A stretch of DNA of 64,000 bases from positions 32,001 to 96,000 of IMG/VR virus record IMGVR_UViG_3300023184_000034. One strand, 5' to 3'. The first letter of the stretch is position 1. Every line of letters starts with the position of its first letter. The stretch comes from a virus. Position numbers and translations under genes: made by a program. This document shows, one piece after another, positions 51,364 through 59,900 of this stretch. The notes under the pieces are model-generated. The model searched no databases and had not been told where the DNA came from. It was given only the letters and a program-made list of their open reading frames with translations.

Positions 51364-51396
51364 ATGCGTATCCTGGTAATGTACGCATATATTTAT
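51362..51396 (-). promoter_or_regulatory. Late promoter ATAAATA overlapping a start-codon-sequestering hairpin
   Basis: ATAAATA at 51396-51390; 9-bp inverted repeat ATATGCGTA/TACGCATAT (51362-51370 and 51382-51390) enclosing AGGA and covering the ATG. Confidence 0.65.
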
Positions 51397-51400
51397 GCTA

Positions 51401-51643
51401 TTAGTTCTTGAAATCCCCGCCGTCCAGCTGTATGGACACAACCTCAGTATCAGCACTTTCTTTGAGTTTGATATAGAGACTTTCGTAATCTTGTATCAGT
51501 TTGTCTTGTATCTCAGACAGTGCCAAACTAAGCAATCGCGCCTGCTGCAGAGGTAATTTTACCTCTTTGCTTTGACTCAATTCAGCGGCTCTTACTGATT
51601 GTATAAACTGTGTTATGGGTGTGAGATTAATCTGATTTTGCAT
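51401..51643 (-). CDS. Hypothetical protein
   Basis: 80 aa ending in LDGGDF. Confidence 0.6.
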   Translation of the reverse strand: MQNQINLTPITQFIQSVRAAELSQSKEVKLPLQQARLLSLALSEIQDKLIQDYESLYIKLKESADTEVVSIQLDGGDFKN

Positions 51644-52106
51644 TTGAAAACACCTGTTTCATCTCTAACTCAGTTTTAAACGGACCCTTGTATGGGTTGC
51701 GTTCTAGAGTGATAAGTTTAGGACAAAATGATTTGACCCATCCTTTGTTAAATTGAATTGTGTAGTAACCTGCACAATACAAACTCTTACTCTGTGAGCT
51801 TTTTGTAAACAATGGTAACTTGTTTCTAACATCGTACATGCTGTTGTATGGTTTAACGCTGGTGGGGAAACCATGGCATTCTTGCGGTTCTGCTGGGGTA
51901 ACTTTTACTTTGGTATTGTTTAAAAAGAAAGTCTCACCAAATTGCTTGGTAAGGTCTTGTTTCTTATTAAAAGTAACTTCTCCGTTGGTGCTGCTGAGAA
52001 TAAACTTGTTGTTTTCTTTCTTGTGTAGTGTTGCAACCTTAGTGCCATCTTGCTCTACGATCCAAAACTTACCATCCACAATGGGCTTGGCGTGTATAAC
52101 TGTCAT
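51627..52106 (-). CDS. Hypothetical protein
   Basis: 159 aa with AAGGAG Shine-Dalgarno; SKSLYCAGYY, FCPKLITL, YKGPFK. Confidence 0.7.
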   Translation of the reverse strand: MTVIHAKPIVDGKFWIVEQDGTKVATLHKKENNKFILSSTNGEVTFNKKQDLTKQFGETFFLNNTKVKVTPAEPQECHGFPTSVKPYNSMYDVRNKLPLFTKSSQSKSLYCAGYYTIQFNKGWVKSFCPKLITLERNPYKGPFKTELEMKQVFSNAKSD

Positions 52107-52116
52107 ATTTTTCTCC

Positions 52117-53151
52117 TTATGTACTCAGCCCCGGAGGCGCTGGAGTAATGTATGTATTTATCTCTTGTTTTTGAGGATATCTTGCTTGTAAGGGCTCAGC
52201 ATACGATTGAATATTATCTGCAATTTTTTTCATATCCCATGCATTGCAGAATTTAAGCATGCGAATACCCACTTGATCCACAGATTTAGTAACAGCATTG
52301 GCCTTCACAGTTTCCATAATCTTTTCTTTAATCTCAGCAGGTTGTGCTGTGAGATCGCATAGTTGTATGTTACGTTGGTAATCTTCTAGCACACGATGTT
52401 CTGCACCGTGGTGGTCAACCCATCTCTGCAGCATGAGATTGTTCCACGCAAATCCTTTGCTTTTACGATCTTCGAACGCTTCAGTCAGACCCACTTTGTT
52501 TTTACTACCTTTAGTACGTACTCCGGGATAAGCAGAGAACACATTGTCACTGGTATCACCACGCATACATTTCTCAAACAGCATCCATTCTGGATCTTGC
52601 GCGGCTTTGGGTTCGCCAGTCTTTTTGTCTTTAACAGGTTTGCCTTTGGCGTCAAATGTGCCTTGGTGTGTGATATGTAAATCGCCCACACCATTGTACT
52701 GACTCACATTGCTACTGATAAGTTGTGCAAAGTCTCCGTCTGTACTGATAATCACATGCTTTGCATCTGGATGTGCTTGCACCCAACCTGCAATTAAATC
52801 GTCTGCTTCTAATTCTGCATGACGCATCACTGTGCAATTGGTCTTGTCCACAATAAAATTCTTGAACTCGTCAAATGCTTCCCAGAACAATTTGTCTTCA
52901 TCTTGTTCTCGTTGTGTCATTGCTGCACGAGTTTCTTGTCTGTTGGCTTTGTAAGGCTTGTAAAAGTCTTTGCGCCATGATCTACCCTCGAGGCAGAACA
53001 CCACATGAGTGCCACCAAAGTCATGCCATGCTTTTTTAATACTGTTGAAGGTGATGTGAAAAGCCATGCCAAGTTTAATTTCAGCTGCGCCTTGCACCAC
53101 GTGCCTAGCACGAAAAAACGTGTTAGCAGTATCAACAATAATATATGTCAT
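52117..53151 (-). CDS. rnh: RNase H / 5'-3' exonuclease (T4 rnh-like, flap endonuclease family)
   Basis: IVD..N.FFR, SWRK.FY..YKANR, EADDLIA, IISTDGDF.QL, GDTSDNV. Confidence 0.9.
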   Translation of the reverse strand: MTYIIVDTANTFFRARHVVQGAAEIKLGMAFHITFNSIKKAWHDFGGTHVVFCLEGRSWRKDFYKPYKANRQETRAAMTQREQDEDKLFWEAFDEFKNFIVDKTNCTVMRHAELEADDLIAGWVQAHPDAKHVIISTDGDFAQLISSNVSQYNGVGDLHITHQGTFDAKGKPVKDKKTGEPKAAQDPEWMLFEKCMRGDTSDNVFSAYPGVRTKGSKNKVGLTEAFEDRKSKGFAWNNLMLQRWVDHHGAEHRVLEDYQRNIQLCDLTAQPAEIKEKIMETVKANAVTKSVDQVGIRMLKFCNAWDMKKIADNIQSYAEPLQARYPQKQEINTYITPAPPGLST

Positions 53152-53582
53152 TCAACTTCCGATCTGCCACCTGGCAACTTCCTTACATTGATATAACCAG
53201 CACTTGTACGTCCTGGGTCTTGTCCAGCTTCGGCAATCATGTTGCCTGCAAGATCTCTGAACCACCGGTCCACAATTTCTTCATCAGGGTCACCCTCATA
53301 ACCATAACCAGCTTGTTTCAATTGTACTACAAAATAGTCATTCCAGTCAAGCTCAAAAAAGCCATTGCGTATATTTTCTTTGTTCACGTGTGTATCTAAC
53401 ACAGCAACCCACGGTTCGTTTCGAGAAGTAGCTCGTTCCTTTGGAGTCAACTTGGCCAGTGTTTCGGCTGCTTGTGCTTTTTTAGTTTCTTCTTGAGCTT
53501 TTGATAATGCCTCGTTAGCTTGAGCTTTCTCCAATTCTAATTTTTCAATACCAAACAACTTTTTAACAAATTTACCAATCAT
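53148..53582 (-). CDS. Hypothetical protein
   Basis: Start ATG 53582 (MIGKFV); EPWV.V, GFFELDWN..F...L...GY. Confidence 0.7.
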   Translation of the reverse strand: MIGKFVKKLFGIEKLELEKAQANEALSKAQEETKKAQAAETLAKLTPKERATSRNEPWVAVLDTHVNKENIRNGFFELDWNDYFVVQLKQAGYGYEGDPDEEIVDRWFRDLAGNMIAEAGQDPGRTSAGYINVRKLPGGRSEVE

Positions 53583-53668
53583 TTCTTTTTCCTTGAAATT
53601 ATATACCGTGCAAATATACACACTATGATAATGCATGCTAGTACTGTACAGGTATAATAAAATATCAT
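53579..53668 (-). CDS. Small (29 aa) single-pass membrane peptide
   Basis: MIFYYTCTVLACIIIVCIFARYIISRKKK; fills the gap exactly, with a TGATG overlap to queE and an ATGA overlap to the next gene. Confidence 0.6.
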   Translation of the reverse strand: MIFYYTCTVLACIIIVCIFARYIISRKKK

Positions 53669-54513
53669 CAAGTGCCCCACTCATTTTTAAATAGCGGAAC
53701 TTGCAAACGGTCACTGTAACGCCAGCCACGCTTCATAGCTGCCAGTGCCACATTCTTGGCATTTAATGCATAAACACTTTCTACACCTCCCACTGGCATC
53801 AAGTATACATGGCCTTCAAAGCCCGCACTACGAAATGCGCCTACTGCACATTCAGCATCTGCAATATCTTCTTCCGTTGCTACTACAAATTTCAAATATG
53901 CAGTACCCACTTGTTCGTATTCACAAACTACTTCTGGAAGAATAGCTTCTCCCCATTTTTCGCCACTTGCTGGTAGTTTGGCACTTACTGAGAATGTAAG
54001 TTCTCTGCCCACTACACTATTCCACTTTCTCAAGTATTCTTTAAACTCTGGTGTAAGACGTTGAGTACCATTTGTTTCAAATGTAATCTCTTTTAGACCA
54101 CGCATCTTAGCATTGTTAATCAAATCTGGATAAGCACGTTGCCAACCCAGCAGGGGCTCACCACCTGTAATAACCAAGTGTTCATATTCCCAATGATCTT
54201 GCGGAAGAATTTCCATAATGCGATCTGCAATTGCTTCGCTGGTCAACATTGGACTTAGATCTTTAAAACGTGGATCCCAACTGGCATAACTATCACACCC
54301 TGTACTCACCAATGGTAAGTCTTGGTATTTGAAAAACTTTTTAATATCAGCCGCAATGAAATCACGTTCTTTGCTTTGCTCACCACGCGGCATACCAAAA
54401 CCGTCGCAGGTAAAGTTACAACCAAATGTACGTAGAAACACACTCGGTACACCCATGTAACGTCCTTCACCTTGAATACTGTAAAATAACTCTGCTATTT
54501 TAATTTTACTCAT
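53668..54513 (-). CDS. queE: 7-carboxy-7-deazaguanine synthase (radical SAM)
   Basis: IAELFYSIQGEG..G.PSVFLR..GCN..C...CDS, ITGGEPLL, ETNGT, RLQV. Confidence 0.9.
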   Translation of the reverse strand: MSKIKIAELFYSIQGEGRYMGVPSVFLRTFGCNFTCDGFGMPRGEQSKERDFIAADIKKFFKYQDLPLVSTGCDSYASWDPRFKDLSPMLTSEAIADRIMEILPQDHWEYEHLVITGGEPLLGWQRAYPDLINNAKMRGLKEITFETNGTQRLTPEFKEYLRKWNSVVGRELTFSVSAKLPASGEKWGEAILPEVVCEYEQVGTAYLKFVVATEEDIADAECAVGAFRSAGFEGHVYLMPVGGVESVYALNAKNVALAAMKRGWRYSDRLQVPLFKNEWGT

Positions 54514-54841
54514 TGCTTTTCCTAAATTCTTCTACATCGCTGATTGCTAATTGTAACACATTTGCATAATTAAGAGCTTGTTGTTTGGTTAAATGCACCG
54601 TCGATTCAGTATCAACATAGCCTTTAGTCAACAGCGTCCAAATATGATACCAGCGTGTCTTCGACCAGTAGTTTGTTTTACCTGTAGTATAAATGGTTAC
54701 TTGAATATCGCAGTCATCTGCTTCTACCCACATGTTATGATTGTGATTTTCATCACCGCAATTACAAGCAATTCGGTAGACTTTTGAGTCTCCCCAATCG
54801 TTTGTTTTCATTATGCCTTCTGCTGGAATTTGATACTTCAT
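54506..54841 (-). CDS. Hypothetical protein
   Basis: 111 aa with a CxC...H motif. Confidence 0.6.
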   Translation of the reverse strand: MKYQIPAEGIMKTNDWGDSKVYRIACNCGDENHNHNMWVEADDCDIQVTIYTTGKTNYWSKTRWYHIWTLLTKGYVDTESTVHLTKQQALNYANVLQLAISDVEEFRKSNE

Positions 54842-55056
54842 TCTATATCTTCCTCAAACCATTCGTCAACCATAGATTCTGCTTCTTGTTGTGTAAGTGC
54901 TGGAACAAAAATTCTAGCAGGCTCTCCTTGAGCGTGTTGAATATTGTATCGCACAACACCTCCAGGGATATGATTAAATTCTCGTTGTACTACAAACTCT
55001 TTTAAGTTCTTAGCACGTTCAATTAATTGATCTGTTAAGTCTTTGGCTGTGGTCAT
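54838..55056 (-). CDS. Hypothetical protein
   Basis: 72 aa, coupled overlaps on both sides. Confidence 0.55.
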   Translation of the reverse strand: MTTAKDLTDQLIERAKNLKEFVVQREFNHIPGGVVRYNIQHAQGEPARIFVPALTQQEAESMVDEWFEEDIE

Positions 55057-55889
55057 CTTGGAGCAAAGTCCTGTTGTAGTTTGATGTTGTCAAAGAATTC
55101 TTTCTTTGTGCCTGCGTCAGTTGTGAATGCACCTTTGAGTACAGTGGTCTGTGTTAAACTACTGTGCGCCATAATTCCTCTATTTTCGCAACACCCGTGA
55201 ATTGCTTGTATGTATACTCCTACATTCTCACTATCTGTTGCTTTCATTATTTCTCTTGCAATGTCGTTACACAGCTCTTCTTGTAGTGTACCACGACGAG
55301 CACACCACTGTGCTATTCTGGTATACTTGCTGAGACCAATAAGTTTATTAGCGGCAATGATACCGATGTAGGCAACCCCACTGACAGGCTGGTGATGATG
55401 AGAACACATACTTCGTAGCTCACTACGTACCACAAGCATACCTTCGTAACGGTCGGCGCTGTCATTTGGAAAAGCTGTTGCGTCGGGCGCTGGTTCATAT
55501 CTTCCTGCCATTACTTCGTTAAAATACATCTTAGCCAGTCGACGGGCTGTGCCTTTTGAGTTTGGATCATTCTCACGATCAATAAGCAATTGATCAAGTA
55601 CTAGTTCAAATGCTTCTGTTGCATCTGTGATTAATGTTTCTTTGTCCTCTTCGCTAACATATTCGCTAATGTTGTCACCTGCCCAAAAACGTTTGCCTGC
55701 ACGTTTCATTTTCATGCGGATTGCACCTGCCAAGGTTCCTTCTTGATATCCGCCGTCACCTGCCATTGCATCCAGGCCTGTTTCTTTTTTTACATACACT
55801 TCTTTGCCCAAGGGTTTGTATTCGTCTGCAACAAATTTATTATCTGCATCTGAATGAAATACTGGATCTGGTGTAAATTCTTTAGTCAT
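55053..55889 (-). CDS. folE: GTP cyclohydrolase I
   Basis: T..RLAKMY, SMCSHHHQP, IGLSK..RI, LQEEL, HGCCENRG. Confidence 0.95.
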   Translation of the reverse strand: MTKEFTPDPVFHSDADNKFVADEYKPLGKEVYVKKETGLDAMAGDGGYQEGTLAGAIRMKMKRAGKRFWAGDNISEYVSEEDKETLITDATEAFELVLDQLLIDRENDPNSKGTARRLAKMYFNEVMAGRYEPAPDATAFPNDSADRYEGMLVVRSELRSMCSHHHQPVSGVAYIGIIAANKLIGLSKYTRIAQWCARRGTLQEELCNDIAREIMKATDSENVGVYIQAIHGCCENRGIMAHSSLTQTTVLKGAFTTDAGTKKEFFDNIKLQQDFAPR

Positions 55890-55907
55890 TGTTACTCCTA
55901 TGTTGGT

Positions 55908-55936
55908 ATTATATAGGTTTATTTAGGTTTTTGCAA
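55908..55936 (-). promoter_or_regulatory. Dual early/late promoter for folE
   Basis: TTGCAA-17 nt-TATAAT with CTAAATA inside the spacer; AGGAG Shine-Dalgarno follows. Confidence 0.6.
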
Positions 55937-56134
55937 GTTATTTGATGCTCGAACTTGTCTACAAGCTTCGCGCATTTCGTTAGTAAAATCTGGACTTATT
56001 TCGGAAAGTTCACAATTGATCCAAACTCCGTCTGATTTTTTTGGAAGTGTTAAAAACAACAGTGGCACAACTAATACAAACACAATGACAACCACTGATA
56101 TTTTTATAGTCTCTCGCTTAGAAGTATCTTGCAT
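55919..56134 (-). CDS. Small membrane protein
   Basis: Hydrophobic segment followed by C..SEISPDF...MREAC. Confidence 0.55.
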   Translation of the reverse strand: MQDTSKRETIKISVVVIVFVLVVPLLFLTLPKKSDGVWINCELSEISPDFTNEMREACRQVRASNNLQKPK

Positions 56135-56310
56135 AATTCAGCATCCTTTTTTGATTTGAAACAAAATGTCATAAAATCTTCAGTTGGAGTGTACACGAAT
56201 CGTTGCCCTGGCAAACCAAACACTTCCACCACCATGGCACATGTTTCATTCCACCATAGCGCACCTTGATTATGCCAATCCACAATAATTTCATGATCAC
56301 TAGGAGACAT
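56104..56310 (-). CDS. Hypothetical protein
   Basis: 68 aa; WWNE.CA...E.FGLPG.R. Confidence 0.6.
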   Translation of the reverse strand: MSPSDHEIIVDWHNQGALWWNETCAMVVEVFGLPGQRFVYTPTEDFMTFCFKSKKDAELCKILLSERL

Positions 56311-56462
56311 TATAGGTCTTTTTTCAACATTGTTAATTCATCTTTGAGATATTCTTTGTAACTGGATAACACTTCAGTAGCATGTATATTTTGTGAATTT
56401 TTTTCAATATCTTCAGTAACTTGTTTGATTTTTTCTTGTAATTCTTCAACAGTTAAGGTCAT
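56310..56462 (-). CDS. Small coiled-coil hypothetical protein
   Basis: MTLTVEELQEKIK; start 56462 overlapping the upstream stop. Confidence 0.5.
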   Translation of the reverse strand: MTLTVEELQEKIKQVTEDIEKNSQNIHATEVLSSYKEYLKDELTMLKKDL

Positions 56463-56659
56463 TTTGAACTCCTCACGGACCTTAAGCCACTGGCTCCGCC
56501 CAATAAAATGGCAAATGCTGCCCACGTTTCCCAAGTCAATGGAATGTTTAGTACAGGAAATAATGTATTCAAACTCCAAATACCTAATATGGGTCCAATA
56601 GCAATGGCGATTACAATTAGAGCAATGCCAAAAATAAGTTTAATTAATGATGATGTCAT
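56459..56659 (-). CDS. Small membrane protein
   Basis: Two hydrophobic segments, WSLNTLFP; start 56659 overlapping the PRTase stop. Confidence 0.55.
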   Translation of the reverse strand: MTSSLIKLIFGIALIVIAIAIGPILGIWSLNTLFPVLNIPLTWETWAAFAILLGGASGLRSVRSSK

Positions 56660-57147
56660 AGCCAAAATTCCTCCCAGGGATAAACCAACCAACAATCTTC
56701 TTGTGCTTTGTTAACAGTCCATACATGGTAGTCTGGATCTTTAAACTGGCTTGATTGATTGTGCGTCAATACTGCAAATCGAACATTATCTCCCCAGATG
56801 GTAGACCATTTGGCATCGTCGGGGAAACAACCGCTGGGCCAATCCGTCTTAATCCATGCAACAGTTGAGCCTTGATCGTTGATGTCGTCTACAATAAGTA
56901 TATTCTTACCATTAAATGCATCTTCTGCCATGCCAAGATTACTAACACAATCACCACCATCACGTAGACTGATGTCCAAACTACACATTTTAATGCCAGT
57001 ATACTGACTAAGCAAATTAGCAGGAACAAGTCCGCCTCTAGTAATGCCCACAATATAATCTGGACGCCAATTGTGATTATGCATTTGTCTAGCAATATCC
57101 AAACATGCACCTTGAACATTGCGCCAAGTGTAATAAACTTTTTTCAT
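56656..57147 (-). CDS. Type I purine phosphoribosyltransferase (Gpt-like)
   Basis: IVGITRGGLVPA, PRPP loop ILIVDDINDQGST, WLVYPWE. Confidence 0.85.
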   Translation of the reverse strand: MKKVYYTWRNVQGACLDIARQMHNHNWRPDYIVGITRGGLVPANLLSQYTGIKMCSLDISLRDGGDCVSNLGMAEDAFNGKNILIVDDINDQGSTVAWIKTDWPSGCFPDDAKWSTIWGDNVRFAVLTHNQSSQFKDPDYHVWTVNKAQEDCWLVYPWEEFWL

Positions 57148-57371
57148 GCTACTAGTCCAGCTGCCAATTTAGCAAGTTCTTCTTTGGTCATAAAAAAATT
57201 GTATGTTTGACTATCATGAACTACACCGTCTTTAAGACTTTCTTGAATGATGTCAAGACTAAACAAGCCCTTTGGTGCTAGTACTTCGTGCTTAGTTACA
57301 CGTACTCGAAATCCTTCAAATTCTTTAACTGTTATTTCTTTGCGTGTGTGCGCTACTGATTCGTGTAACAT
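57144..57371 (-). CDS. Hypothetical protein
   Basis: 75 aa, coupled to its neighbours. Confidence 0.55.
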   Translation of the reverse strand: MLHESVAHTRKEITVKEFEGFRVRVTKHEVLAPKGLFSLDIIQESLKDGVVHDSQTYNFFMTKEELAKLAAGLVA

Positions 57372-57772
57372 TATTTTGATTCCTTTATTGTGTCAAATGT
57401 TCTATATTTTGCCAATGCCGCAATGTATTCGTCATACAGCTTCTTTAACTTTGGATGCTTACGTTCAAGTATAGCATCTCTTTCAGGAATACTCAAGACT
57501 CGTTCAATTGTGTTTAACCGTTCTTCCAAGTCTCGCCCATTAAGAACTAGCCGACCTTTGACTTCTAATTCTGGCGGACTTTGATTGACTTTGAGTACAG
57601 TGTCATATTCATTTGCCCAACTTGTACCGTTTGATCCAGTTGTTAAGAAAGCACCGGTATTATTAGTGGTATACACTTTTCCAATTGTTAATGGGGAAGG
57701 TGCAGGCGGTATTGCACCGTAGCCTGGACTTGTTGTATTAGATATGCTTATGAGATTCGAGATAGCGGTCAT
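57371..57772 (-). CDS. Hypothetical protein (S/T-rich N-terminus, helical C-terminus)
   Basis: LEERL..IE..L.IPERD..LE.K.PKLK.LYDEY. Confidence 0.55.
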   Translation of the reverse strand: MTAISNLISISNTTSPGYGAIPPAPSPLTIGKVYTTNNTGAFLTTGSNGTSWANEYDTVLKVNQSPPELEVKGRLVLNGRDLEERLNTIERVLSIPERDAILERKHPKLKKLYDEYIAALAKYRTFDTIKESK

Positions 57773-58217
57773 TGTGTATCCATTTGTTGTTTACTAAAAA
57801 TCCCCATTCTTGTTGTTGCGGCCCTGGCACGAACAAGGTCCATGCAGTTACTTCAGGAACCAATTCGATACGATGGTAGCTGTTAGCACTACAAACACGC
57901 CAGTGTCCAGGACCACGCCAATGTTTTGTTTCACTGACCATTTGGCCATGTTCAAAATTGGGAGTATACTCGTAGTAGCCGCCTGCCAGTATCAGTGTAG
58001 CATAGGGCCACGGATGATCATGCACATCACCAGGATCGCCTTTGTGAAACTTGTGTAAGAACACATTGAATGGAAAATGCCTACGTTCTTTTAACAACAA
58101 GTAGTAACGAGTCAGCAAGGGCTCGTTGCACTGACGATCCATGATGATCCGTTTGCGATCCAGCCGTTCCAGACAATCAAGGACGAGGTCTTTTATTTTT
58201 TGGAGTATCATAGTCAT
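57738..58217 (-). CDS. Cupin-fold protein
   Basis: LHKF...D...HDHPW...LILAGGY.E and YHRIEL..WTLF. Confidence 0.7.
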   Translation of the reverse strand: MTMILQKIKDLVLDCLERLDRKRIIMDRQCNEPLLTRYYLLLKERRHFPFNVFLHKFHKGDPGDVHDHPWPYATLILAGGYYEYTPNFEHGQMVSETKHWRGPGHWRVCSANSYHRIELVPEVTAWTLFVPGPQQQEWGFLVNNKWIHNDRYLESHKHI

Positions 58218-58590
58218 CCCGCACTAATTTATACGTTGTTTTAAACTTGTCAAATGCAATTGCCAATCCTGGATATTCTTTGCACATTTTTTGCACACGA
58301 TCAAAGTCTGGAAATTGATTAACCCACTCTTCGGGCAAATTTATTGTGAACGACGAAGTATCTATACTGTTTATTGCACCAATCTGTACTGTGGAGATTG
58401 ACGGAAATGTAATAGTGCCACTTGTACTATACGTGTATGATGACGGTGATGATACATATGTTATACTATTGCTAGTATCCGTAGCAGTAAGAGAATCCCA
58501 AGCGATAGTGTCTGTACCACTAATGGTTATAGTGTCTATCGTATCACTTGATATTGGCGAGTAAGCCACCGGCTGAGAAATAGTTGTCAC
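58177..58590 (-). CDS. Hypothetical protein (S/T-rich N-terminus)
   Basis: C-terminal MCKEYPGL..AF.KF...YKLV. Confidence 0.55.
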   Translation of the reverse strand: MTTISQPVAYSPISSDTIDTITISGTDTIAWDSLTATDTSNSITYVSSPSSYTYSTSGTITFPSISTVQIGAINSIDTSSFTINLPEEWVNQFPDFDRVQKMCKEYPGLAIAFDKFKTTYKLVRDDYDTPKNKRPRP

Positions 58591-59635
58591 GTAAAAACTC
58601 CGTTTGTTTATGTAGCATAGGAAGTCTAGTTTCGTAATTTTCCATATGCTGTATTATTGTTTTGCAAATAAAAGGTCTGTATCTACTGTATGCTTCAAAA
58701 CTTTCAGTCCATTCGCTGGGATACTTAAAAGTATCAAAAGCCATTTCACTATAGCTAAGTCTATCCGGCACCATGGGAACAGCACCCACCACAGCACCTT
58801 CGTACCAGCTGATGCCCAGCGTCTCTTGCAAGTTAGCACTGAACACCATTTTAGCACGACCTAACAGCTTGTGATATTCGTGTTTGTCTAATTGTGTATC
58901 TTGGCAAACTACAAATTCATATTGAGGCAAATGCGTGGCCAAGTCTCGGAAGATTTCAACTTGCTTCTCTGGCGCAATGCGATGCGGAAACAATATAAGG
59001 TCACGCTTGGGGGTAGTCCAGTAGTTGTTCAAAGTATCTTGCATATACTCCATGGGCCAACCAGTACGAACTATCTTACCGCTGTTGTATCGTTCTGCCC
59101 AGTCTTCTTCATACCAGGGATTTTCTGTTGGATAATCATGTAACAGATTATCAAAGAACATCTTAACATGGAATTCAGTAGCAAAGTAGTTGTGATCAAA
59201 AGCATGATAAAAACTTCTTTCAGCGTTTCTCACCCAAGGCTTATTGCCAACCAACCTGCCTAAAAAGTCTTGTGGATCATAACTACCAGCATGCCACAAG
59301 CCATGTGTAGTTACTGGAATACCCAACAACTCACTCATGTACTTTAGATTAATGATACCTGGATGCCAAGCATCAGTAAACACAAAATGATCGCCGGGAT
59401 TAACGGATCCACTGCAAAATAACCTACCCATCTGCTCCACTTGACTAGCCTTGTATATATTAGTGCCGCCAAAGTTAAGAAATGCTCCAGGAGTGGTAGC
59501 ACTAGGAATGTCCGTAGGACCTGATATAATGTTGACATGGTGTCCTGCCTTTTGTAAGAGTGCAGGTACATGAGTCTTCCATTGACCCGTGTACCTTGTC
59601 TCAACTGACTCTAAATCAATTAAGAAGATAGTCAT
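58544..59635 (-). CDS. Glycosyltransferase, GT-B fold (GT4-like)
   Basis: ILFPHRIAPEKQ, ETLGISWYEG (E-x7-E), VPDRLSYSEM. Confidence 0.8.
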   Translation of the reverse strand: MTIFLIDLESVETRYTGQWKTHVPALLQKAGHHVNIISGPTDIPSATTPGAFLNFGGTNIYKASQVEQMGRLFCSGSVNPGDHFVFTDAWHPGIINLKYMSELLGIPVTTHGLWHAGSYDPQDFLGRLVGNKPWVRNAERSFYHAFDHNYFATEFHVKMFFDNLLHDYPTENPWYEEDWAERYNSGKIVRTGWPMEYMQDTLNNYWTTPKRDLILFPHRIAPEKQVEIFRDLATHLPQYEFVVCQDTQLDKHEYHKLLGRAKMVFSANLQETLGISWYEGAVVGAVPMVPDRLSYSEMAFDTFKYPSEWTESFEAYSRYRPFICKTIIQHMENYETRLPMLHKQTEFLRDNYFSAGGLLANIK

Positions 59636-59886
59636 TAGTTTTCAAAACGTTCGTGTTTGGGATTTTTACCCAAGTAAGGTTTACGTTCACCTGTGTATGC
59701 TTTCTTAGGCCGACGACTCTTTTCAAAATTACGCCACTGCCAACTTTCTCTATTGTACAAATCTGATTCATCAAACGGCGCCCCCTCGATTTTACACCAA
59801 TCTAAAAATCCCTCAAGGTCGTCAAAGATTTTTACAATGTCCGGCCGGGTTTCGAAATAACTGATATTTTTGTAATTATTAGCCAT
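59635..59886 (-). CDS. Hypothetical protein
   Basis: 83 aa; IFDDLE.F..WC...G..FDE.DLY. Confidence 0.6.
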   Translation of the reverse strand: MANNYKNISYFETRPDIVKIFDDLEGFLDWCKIEGAPFDESDLYNRESWQWRNFEKSRRPKKAYTGERKPYLGKNPKHERFEN

Positions 59887-59900
59887 TGTAGCTTTTCCTA

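Noticed and set aside
3015-53729. ORF-track upstream starts at 3015, 7281, 31579, 41095, 47927, 49447, 50655, 51130, 51456 and 53729
   Set aside because: They overlap upstream genes or promoters; downstream ATGs with Shine-Dalgarno or coupling fit better
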